From a virus (taxonomy: Duplodnaviria; Caudoviricetes), in the IMG/VR virus record IMGVR_UViG_3300022178_001225, positions 1 to 34,867 of that record: a stretch of DNA of 34,867 bases. One strand, written 5' to 3'. A model generated the notes under the pieces. The model searched no databases, had not been told where the DNA came from, and saw only the letters and a program-made list of their open reading frames with translations. A program made the position numbers and the translations under genes. Positions 1 to 6,436 of this stretch are shown here, piece after piece (position 1 is the stretch's first letter; each line of letters begins with the position of its first letter).

Positions 1-2
1 GG

Positions 3-98
3 TGCCACCACGTTGCAGGCAATCGTGCGAACAAGCGTTTGATTACGGGTGACGCCGTGTCGGCGTTCCACGTTCACTGCATAACCAAATACAAATAG
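3..98 (+). CDS. 3' end of a hypothetical protein, truncated by the window edge
   Basis: Open frame CHHVAGNRANKRLITGDAVSAFHVHCITKYK ending TAG at 96-98, followed by GGAGA and the next ATG at 110. Confidence 0.5.
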   Translation, partial: CHHVAGNRANKRLITGDAVSAFHVHCITKYK

Positions 99-109
99 GG
101 AGACACACT

Positions 110-421
110 ATGAAGGCACGACCTAACCTCAACGGTAACGCACCCGTTGACTTCGCTAAGGCAGGCGAACGTCTGCTAACAGCGACACATGAATTGACGA
201 TAGTGATGAAGGGGGTCCACAGCCTCATTCACGGGAGAAACTACCAGTATCAGGATCATGCACAAGATCATCTGGACGATGATAAGTGCAAGTTCATAGA
301 TCATATGATCGCAGTACAAGCGCTGGGCGAATATGCCTATGAAGTGATCTGTGCGGGAGCGAGCATTGATGCAAAAAACGAACTGGATGAACTGCCGGTT
401 CCTAACGAACAGGAGAACTAA
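110..421 (+). CDS. Hypothetical early protein (103 aa)
   Basis: GGGAGA Shine-Dalgarno (SD) before ATG; tightly packed with neighbours. Confidence 0.75.
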   Translation: MKARPNLNGNAPVDFAKAGERLLTATHELTIVMKGVHSLIHGRNYQYQDHAQDHLDDDKCKFIDHMIAVQALGEYAYEVICAGASIDAKNELDELPVPNEQEN

Positions 422-424
422 GCT

Positions 425-622
425 ATGAATAACGTATATTGCACACAGCCCCGCAAGATTGCTGGCAAGTGGACTATGAATGTTCACGAGTATGGTGTCA
501 CGCTGGGTCAAGCCACCTTCGATAAGAAGGAGAATGCTTTGAGGTTCAGGGCAAAGCTTGACAACTGGGATAAGATTTGTCAGCGTGTGGGGGAGGAAAA
601 TCAACTTACACTAGCCGTATAG
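425..622 (+). CDS. Hypothetical early protein (65 aa)
   Basis: AGGAG SD upstream; stop TAG at 620-622 overlaps the ribozyme. Confidence 0.75.
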   Translation: MNNVYCTQPRKIAGKWTMNVHEYGVTLGQATFDKKENALRFRAKLDNWDKICQRVGEENQLTLAV

Positions 623-694
623 CCGAAACCCCCTCACTTCGGGGGTCGTATCGGGGTTTGCTCTCGATGCCTGATGAGGCAGCTATCCTCAAAT
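618..694 (+). ncRNA. Type II hammerhead self-cleaving ribozyme
   Basis: GCC(622-624)-GAAA(625-628); stem III CCCCC/GGGGG (629-633/641-645); GUC cleavage triplet (645-647); 9-bp stem I 648-656/662-670; CUGAUGA (671-677); GGC (678-680) closes stem II with 622-624. Loop I GUUUG can pair with CAAAU (690-694). Confidence 0.9.
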
Positions 695-705
695 TGGAGA
701 CTACT

Positions 706-1602
706 ATGCCTTTAGATATGCACATTACACCATCACAGATGCCTCTTGACGGGGTTGATCCCCGCATCTTTGGTGACATTCCTGACAGCCTCAACTTCAA
801 TGTGGAGTTTGAGCCGACGCGCTTGCACGGCAAGAAGTATGTAGTCAACAAGACTACGGGGGAGGCTGTTGGCATCGTGGGGTCATCGTATCCCAACAAC
901 CCACACCCTGCATTCTTTCGGCGGGTACAAGCAGCCATCACAGATAATTTGCGGTGGGATGATTTAGCTGATGCCAAAGTCAAGTGGCAGACTGCGCGCA
1001 ATGGCGCGTTTGGGTTGATGGATATTACCCTGCCAAACGTCCGGTATACTGTGACTACAAAGTCACATCAGACTGATGTGGCGCAGCGGATCGTTGCCCT
1101 GCACGGGGTGGATGGTCTGTGTAGTAATCAGACTTACTTCGGTGCAATAGACTTCTTCTGCACCAACGGCTGCATCAGTGGTGACTGGGGTAAGGTGCGT
1201 AAGAAGAACACGTCTGGCTTCAGTCTGGATAACTTTATCCACGAATTGAATGACGCAAAGACAGACTTCCACCAGCACGGACGCAAACTTCAAACGTGGG
1301 CTGATCGGGAGACTGACCTCACTGAAGTACGGGATGTTCTGGAGCGTATCATCAAGTCTCCACGTAAGGTGGAGAAGATGTCTACGTTGTATCTGGAGGA
1401 GACTTCCAAACGTGGTCACAATATGTTTGCACTGCATAGTGCCTTCACCAACTACGCTACATATGCGGATGAGCGTAATGGTTTCAAGTTAAAGGAGATG
1501 AAGAATACCAACGACACTAAAGCCGTCACGATGTTTGGCCGTGAGCAGGAAGTAAGCAAGTGGGTATCAGACCCCGCTTGGTCTGCATTGGTTGCAGCAT
1601 GA
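706..1602 (+). CDS. DUF932-like phage/plasmid protein (298 aa)
   Basis: GGAGA SD at 696-700 supports ATG at 706 rather than the track start at 577; motifs GIVGSSY, HGVDG and FFCTNG resemble the DUF932 family. Confidence 0.7.
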   Translation: MPLDMHITPSQMPLDGVDPRIFGDIPDSLNFNVEFEPTRLHGKKYVVNKTTGEAVGIVGSSYPNNPHPAFFRRVQAAITDNLRWDDLADAKVKWQTARNGAFGLMDITLPNVRYTVTTKSHQTDVAQRIVALHGVDGLCSNQTYFGAIDFFCTNGCISGDWGKVRKKNTSGFSLDNFIHELNDAKTDFHQHGRKLQTWADRETDLTEVRDVLERIIKSPRKVEKMSTLYLEETSKRGHNMFALHSAFTNYATYADERNGFKLKEMKNTNDTKAVTMFGREQEVSKWVSDPAWSALVAA

Positions 1603-1661
1603 CGGTAGAATGGATTGCAATGGGGGTGGCAGCATTGGTTGCCGCCCTCTATCTTAAATGA
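1599..1661 (+). CDS. Possible 20-aa hydrophobic micro-protein MTVEWIAMGVAALVAALYLK
   Basis: ATGA overlap with the upstream stop; its TGA overlaps the next SD; single hydrophobic helix. Confidence 0.4.
   Translation: MTVEWIAMGVAALVAALYLK
1622..1655 (+). terminator. 12-bp GC-rich hairpin (terminator-like or mRNA-stabilising)
   Basis: GGGGGUGGCAGC-AUUG-GUUGCCGCCCUC (1622-1649), including G-U pairs, followed by a weak U-tract TATCTT. Confidence 0.45.
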
Positions 1662-1673
1662 GGAGAGAGAGAC

Positions 1674-1817
1674 ATGACACTACAAGATTGGAAAGAAGAA
1701 TTGGATAAACTGCCAGTTCCTGACGACATTACGTGGTATGAGATGCAAGGCGCATTCGTACTGCGATGGGGTAAGAAGACCCGTAAGTTCTTCATTCAAC
1801 CGCACACTTACAACTGA
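1674..1817 (+). CDS. Small hypothetical protein (47 aa, MTLQDWKEELDKLPVPDD...), not in ORF track
   Basis: GAGGAG SD upstream; fills the gap; stop TGA overlaps the next SD GAGGA. Confidence 0.7.
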   Translation: MTLQDWKEELDKLPVPDDITWYEMQGAFVLRWGKKTRKFFIQPHTYN

Positions 1818-1827
1818 GGATAATAAT

Positions 1828-2286
1828 ATGGAAGATCAACAACACACACTAGTATTTCCACCGAAACGTCCCGTCAGGAGAAAGAAAACAATGCGTAAGT
1901 ATGCAAAACAAAACTTCGCTCGCATGACACAGTTCACAGAAATATTCTGTGTGGGTGGAGGCACGGTGCGGAGACATGCTGAAGCAGGACGAATAAACTG
2001 TGAGACAGACCCATTCGGTAGCAAGTGGTACAAGATTGCTGATGGTATAACTGTTGGCCTACCTCTCCGCAAAGAAGGGTATACGCGATTGTTTCCACAG
2101 ATAGCAGACAAACAAGTGGTTACTCCGCCTGTTGTCACTGAACCTAAAAGGTCTGAAGTAGTATCAGATGAGGTGATAAGTGATTTAAACAAACGTATAG
2201 ATAAACTTGTGGTGGAGAATGAGACACTGCAATTTCAGGTAGAATATCTGGAGAAGAGTTTATCTGTGTGGAAAGAAAGAGGGTAG
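1828..2286 (+). CDS. Putative DNA-binding protein: excisionase/MerR-like HTH plus C-terminal coiled coil
   Basis: GAGGA SD supports ATG at 1828; TQFTEIFCVGGGTVRRHAEAGRI is HTH-like; LNKRIDKLVVENETLQFQVEYLEKSL shows heptads. Confidence 0.5.
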   Translation: MEDQQHTLVFPPKRPVRRKKTMRKYAKQNFARMTQFTEIFCVGGGTVRRHAEAGRINCETDPFGSKWYKIADGITVGLPLRKEGYTRLFPQIADKQVVTPPVVTEPKRSEVVSDEVISDLNKRIDKLVVENETLQFQVEYLEKSLSVWKERG

Positions 2287-2675
2287 CACACGTGCTGACA
2301 ACAGCTTTTCTGTGTGCCGCAATAGCGGTGTACTATGAGGCTCGCAATCAACCGCCTGACGGTCAACGTCAGGTGGTTCATGTCATCAACAACAGGATGT
2401 ACCATTCAGGCTTTCCAAATGATGTGTGTGCTGTGGTGAAGCAGCGCCATCAGTTCTCATTCTATTGGGATGGTAAGCCTGAACGTCCCCGTGATAAGGT
2501 TGCGTGGGAAGCAGCAAAGACCGCCGTCGAAGAAGCATATGATGCACCGTATGAGAATTTGGGGGCTACCCATTATCATGCGACATATGTACAACCCTAC
2601 TGGTCTAAGTCACCTAACTTTGTTAGGTTGGCTCAGATCGGGGATCACATATTCTACGTGGAGGAAGAAAGATAA
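2268..2675 (+). CDS. SleB/Hydrolase_2-family cell wall hydrolase
   Basis: AVYYEARNQ, VINNR, FPNDVCAVVKQ..QFS, GATHYHA, IGDHIFY. Start may be the GTG at 2292. Confidence 0.88.
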   Translation: MERKRVAHVLTTAFLCAAIAVYYEARNQPPDGQRQVVHVINNRMYHSGFPNDVCAVVKQRHQFSFYWDGKPERPRDKVAWEAAKTAVEEAYDAPYENLGATHYHATYVQPYWSKSPNFVRLAQIGDHIFYVEEER

Positions 2676-2782
2676 TGTTTAACGTGGCAACCAAACGTGT
2701 GGGTGGCATTCGGTTTATCAAGATCGGACGCTTCTGTTTCAGCTACTGCATAAGCCGTATGCCTTTCCGACCTTTCAACTGA
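2675..2782 (+). CDS. Small basic protein (35 aa, MFNVATKRVGGIRFIKIGRFCFSYCISRMPFRPFN), not in ORF track
   Basis: TAATG overlap, GGAGG SD, stop overlaps the next SD. Confidence 0.65.
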   Translation: MFNVATKRVGGIRFIKIGRFCFSYCISRMPFRPFN

Positions 2783-2795
2783 GGAGTCACAGCAT

Positions 2796-3059
2796 ATGGC
2801 TAAATACAACAGTATTGAGACGCTTGCACATCTTGCACTAGCAGAGGGAGGTAAGCTGCGTATTACCTTCAATGAGTTCTGGAGTGTCTTCATTGAGTAT
2901 CCGAAGAACACTACGTGGGATGTAATCGCCACCAAAGAACCACCAAAGAAAACACTGGCAGTATTCGGGGGTAGGGGTGAGCCTTTAAGTAAGGTAGCCA
3001 ACCGTGCCAACGGTATACTGGGTAGCAAAATAAAGGAGATGAATGATGCTACTACTTGA
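2796..3059 (+). CDS. Hypothetical protein (87 aa)
   Basis: GAGGAG SD; packed operon. Confidence 0.7.
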   Translation: MAKYNSIETLAHLALAEGGKLRITFNEFWSVFIEYPKNTTWDVIATKEPPKKTLAVFGGRGEPLSKVANRANGILGSKIKEMNDATT

Positions 3060-3270
3060 AGGCATAAGCCAACACGGTAAGAACCGCATCCGAGAACACG
3101 GTGCTGAATGGAGAAGGGTTGCTACCCTGCCATCTATTCAAGCCCCCAGTCATGCTAGTCTGAAGGGACCATTCGCTAGTGTGGTGTCTGAACGAACTGG
3201 TGAGTGTAGGTGGGTATCACTGACTGATGATCCTGATTTCAGTATTATGACAAAGGAGAAAAGCGAATGA
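3043..3270 (+). CDS. Hypothetical protein (75 aa)
   Basis: AAGGAG SD; overlaps neighbours. Confidence 0.7.
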   Translation: MMLLLEGISQHGKNRIREHGAEWRRVATLPSIQAPSHASLKGPFASVVSERTGECRWVSLTDDPDFSIMTKEKSE

Positions 3271-3758
3271 ACATCTTCAAGTTAGCAGACTATCCGAAGC
3301 AATGCGCGGAGGATCATTGCGACAAGCACATTGTCAAGATGATACTGGAGTACGGACAGCTACTGTCTACTGCACATCATGTACTTGATGGTGAGGATGC
3401 ACCGGAAGGCATCTACAAAAAGACACACGTCAATCATCCATCAGCAGTGTGGGCTAGAGAAAGTAGTATGAATTATACGTGGCTATACACACTGATGGGT
3501 GAGTGTATGGATGAGTACAATCGCAGGTATGGTAAGGATCATGCCACAGAGCGTCTTGTACCTATGCTGTGTCGCAAGCCTAAGAATATGCCATTCGGTC
3601 ATCTCACTGACATACCACAATGTATGCCGGATGAATACAAACGGGAGGGTGATCCTGTTGGGGCATATCGCGCATACTACAAAGGTGAGAAGGCTCACTT
3701 TGCTAAATGGAATTACACAGCCGCACCGTACTGGTGGGACAATGAGGAGGACGACTAA
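3267..3758 (+). CDS. Conserved phage protein, pyrimidine-dimer DNA glycosylase-like family
   Basis: MNIF...HCDKHIVKMILE..QLLSTAH, THVNHPSAVWARES..NY.WLY, PQCMPDEYK, AYRAYY motifs. Confidence 0.7.
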   Translation: MNIFKLADYPKQCAEDHCDKHIVKMILEYGQLLSTAHHVLDGEDAPEGIYKKTHVNHPSAVWARESSMNYTWLYTLMGECMDEYNRRYGKDHATERLVPMLCRKPKNMPFGHLTDIPQCMPDEYKREGDPVGAYRAYYKGEKAHFAKWNYTAAPYWWDNEEDD

Positions 3759-3931
3759 TGCACACGTTCATACACAGAGTAAGCGAGATCAAGCTGTCTG
3801 AGACACAAGTATCTGCTACGTTTACTACTAAGAGGCTTATCATAACTTCAAAGAATATGGAGGATGGTAAGACCGTGACATACGAGTTCGATCTGTTTCT
3901 TACTGATGACGTTGAAGTGGAGGTGGCGTAG
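3758..3931 (+). CDS. Small hypothetical protein (57 aa, MHTFIHRVSEIKL...), not in ORF track
   Basis: TAATG overlap, GAGGAGG SD, fills the gap. Confidence 0.7.
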   Translation: MHTFIHRVSEIKLSETQVSATFTTKRLIITSKNMEDGKTVTYEFDLFLTDDVEVEVA

Positions 3932-3932
3932 T

Positions 3933-4145
3933 ATGTCACACATTGAAAGACCCCGACGGGCAGGTTACGCAGCCATCACTGATGATACAAGCGTGACTGT
4001 GTATAAGTTTGTCAGCAGGAAGGAGAGAAACATCTGGGTGGCTGACAACGGTGAGGCTATTAGGGTGGCTGGGCATGAGGCCACCCGACTACTGGCTGTT
4101 AATGATGGAAGAAAGAAACGATACGTGGAAGGATACGTAGACTAA
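3933..4145 (+). CDS. Hypothetical protein (70 aa)
   Basis: GGAGG SD supports ATG at 3933 (MSHIERPRR). Confidence 0.7.
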   Translation: MSHIERPRRAGYAAITDDTSVTVYKFVSRKERNIWVADNGEAIRVAGHEATRLLAVNDGRKKRYVEGYVD

Positions 4146-4453
4146 TGCGATACGGACACATTGTGAGACGTGAAAATCTTCAGGATGTCTTCATAAGACC
4201 TAAACTTAAATCTGTTAAGATTAGGTACAAGTACTCTAAGTGGTCTGCGTACACGGGGTACTGGCTTGAACCTGTAGACAAACCTCTAAGTGTAATTGGA
4301 GAGGAGTTAAAGCTCACCAATGAGAAAGGGGGTAGGGACTTCACATATAAGATTATAAAGGGTACTCTACATTTCACGTTGTCCTACAGAAATGTGAAAC
4401 GTGTACTAAAAGGTGTAATCACACGTGGCGATAGAAAGTTATCAAACACATGA
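4145..4453 (+). CDS. Basic hypothetical protein (102 aa)
   Basis: TAATG and ATGA overlaps with both neighbours. Confidence 0.6.
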   Translation: MRYGHIVRRENLQDVFIRPKLKSVKIRYKYSKWSAYTGYWLEPVDKPLSVIGEELKLTNEKGGRDFTYKIIKGTLHFTLSYRNVKRVLKGVITRGDRKLSNT

Positions 4454-5529
4454 CAATAGAACTACCTAAGTACGTGTCGAAGGTTACGTATCGTAATCGG
4501 AGGATCGGCTACCGTTTCTACCCGCCTAAAAAGTACATTGATGCTGGCATAGCGGAGAGAAAGACGTTTGGTGCCAATGTTCATATGGTTAAACGAATAG
4601 TCGAACCCATCCTTAAATCTATGGAGGATTGGGATGAGACCAACAGAATTAAAAAGCTTAGTAGTTCTAACAAAGTGTCTGCACTTGTGGAACACTACAA
4701 AGTGTATAGCAATTTCAGTGATTTGGCTGATACGACAACCAAAGATTATGAGTATATGTTTGGTGTACTCACGAAGCATAGTGGTGACTGTAAAATAAGT
4801 ACAGTGAACGTGCAGAAGGCTAAAGGCATATACGATGGGATAAGGAATGCTCATGGGTTGCATGTTAGCTCAAAGGCTATTCGTGTTGCAAGAGTATTGT
4901 TCAATCATGCGCTAGATAATTTACTCATAGAGAGTAATCCATTCTCTCGTGTGAAGGTTAAAACCCCACAACCTCGACGTGTAATGTGGAAGGAGGATCA
5001 GGTCAAACAATTTCTATTCACAGCCTATGATAATTGGGAGTGGCGCAACATTGGACTTATATGTCATATGGGGTATGCGTGGGTACAGAGGATGAATGAC
5101 CTTCGACTACTTACGTGGGACTGCGTTGATCTTAAAGCACGTCAGGTTACTATTTTACAAACTAAGAGGGGCGCAACTGTATACCTTCCAATAGAGGATA
5201 AGCTACATGAAATGTTGAGTGAGCAGTATGAGGACTTTGGCTTCCAACCTTACGTGGCACCACGTGTACACCCTGCTAATGGTGAGTTCTACCCTTATTC
5301 ACGTGCAGATGTATCACGTGTAGCTAAGAAAATACTTGAGGCTGCTGACTTGCCTACAAATATGTGGTTAAGTGACCTAAGACGCACGGGTACTACTGAA
5401 ATGGTGGAGAATGGTGTACCTGTTACATCAATAATGCAGGTTACGGGTCACACAACACCATCCTCACTCAGCCCATACCTAAAAAATACGTTGAAGGGTG
5501 CAACGGAGGCATTAAAAAGTAGGGGGTAA
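4450..5529 (+). CDS. int: Tyrosine recombinase / integrase
   Basis: Catalytic set R (QRMNDL), K (QTKRG), SDLRRT (HxxR with H replaced), TGH and Y (SPYLK); N-terminal arm and core-binding regions. Confidence 0.9.
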   Translation: MTIELPKYVSKVTYRNRRIGYRFYPPKKYIDAGIAERKTFGANVHMVKRIVEPILKSMEDWDETNRIKKLSSSNKVSALVEHYKVYSNFSDLADTTTKDYEYMFGVLTKHSGDCKISTVNVQKAKGIYDGIRNAHGLHVSSKAIRVARVLFNHALDNLLIESNPFSRVKVKTPQPRRVMWKEDQVKQFLFTAYDNWEWRNIGLICHMGYAWVQRMNDLRLLTWDCVDLKARQVTILQTKRGATVYLPIEDKLHEMLSEQYEDFGFQPYVAPRVHPANGEFYPYSRADVSRVAKKILEAADLPTNMWLSDLRRTGTTEMVENGVPVTSIMQVTGHTTPSSLSPYLKNTLKGATEALKSRG

Positions 5530-5541
5530 TAAAAAAAGGGG

Positions 5542-5570
5542 TTGCACACCACAAAGATACGTGCTAAAAG
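5542..5570 (+). promoter_or_regulatory. Putative sigma70-type promoter for the replication module
   Basis: TTGCAC-17 bp-TAAAAG with an upstream A-tract, in the only long intergenic gap. Confidence 0.5.
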
Positions 5571-5587
5571 ATTGGTACAAGCCGGAG

Positions 5588-5638
5588 AGTAGAGATATAT
5601 AATGTATATATATAAACCTTATATATTGTAACTCTACT
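5588..5638. repeat. AT-rich imperfect inverted repeat
   Basis: AGTAGAG-ATATATAA (5588-5602) pairs with TTATATAT (5619-5626) and CTCTACT (5632-5638); TA-dinucleotide run inside. Confidence 0.7.
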
Positions 5639-5659
5639 AGTCTTAGGAGGAGAGATACT

Positions 5660-6436
5660 ATGAACATATTAGATTACATAAAAGATTTAGAATTAGCTGT
5701 GGGTAGGTCTGTAAGACTAGATTGTCCTGTATGTAAGGGGTCTAAGACATTCACAGCCAGCAATGTAGGTGGTGAGTTACTGTGGAATTGTTACAAAGCA
5801 GGCTGCAATGTTAAGGGTAGGTCTAAACTCCGTATGACCGCTGACGATATTGTAATGAGATTAAATAAGCTAAACAAGTCTGCTCCTATCACACGTGCAA
5901 CGGTAACGGAATTTATTCGTCCTAACTTTATTACGTATGACAAGCCTATTGAATTAGTTCAGTGGTGCGATCAATGGGGTATTGACACGAAGCATGTGAT
6001 GTATGACATTAAAGATCATCGCGTTGTATTTCAGGTGTTTTCAGATGGTATGCTGGTGGATGCAGCAGGGCGCGCGATTAGCCACCGCTTACCTAAATGG
6101 AAACGATACAACGATTCGGGGTTGCCATACCACAAAGGTCGTGGTAAGGTGGCTGTGCTGGTGGAGGACTGCATCAGCGCGTATGTGGTCGGGGGTGACG
6201 ACAGAGTGGGAGTAGCCCTACTCGGAACATCTTTATCGGAGTTACACACCGTGTTTCTCTCCCGCTTCGATAAAGTAATCGTCGCTCTCGACCCCGACGC
6301 TCTACCTAAGACACTTCAGATAGCGGGGAAGTTAAGATCGTGCATACCAGAGGTGCGGGTTTTGCGCTTGTTGGATGATCTTAAATATGGTAAAACTGAC
6401 GATCTAAACGAGTTGGAGAGACTCATATGGAATTAG
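5660..6436 (+). CDS. DNA primase (zinc finger + TOPRIM)
   Basis: CPVC...WNCYKAGC zinc-binding domain; VLVED, ALLGT, VALDPDA TOPRIM motifs. Confidence 0.9.
   Translation: MNILDYIKDLELAVGRSVRLDCPVCKGSKTFTASNVGGELLWNCYKAGCNVKGRSKLRMTADDIVMRLNKLNKSAPITRATVTEFIRPNFITYDKPIELVQWCDQWGIDTKHVMYDIKDHRVVFQVFSDGMLVDAAGRAISHRLPKWKRYNDSGLPYHKGRGKVAVLVEDCISAYVVGGDDRVGVALLGTSLSELHTVFLSRFDKVIVALDPDALPKTLQIAGKLRSCIPEVRVLRLLDDLKYGKTDDLNELERLIWN

Noticed and set aside
12-85. Possible multi-stem RNA with GCAA...GUUCA reminiscent of a twister-sister ribozyme
   Set aside because: Lacks the conserved UGCAAG-type loop, and the region reads as the open 3' end of a CDS.
577-705. 43-aa N-terminal extension of the 341-aa ORF in the track
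   Set aside because: Non-ATG start with no SD, overlaps the upstream gene and runs through the ribozyme; the SD at 696-700 points to ATG 706.
5250-5325. Cluster of CACGTG palindromes in the integrase gene
   Set aside because: Explained by frequent xxA-CGT-Gxx (Arg-Val/Ala) codon pairs; enrichment cannot be shown without counting.
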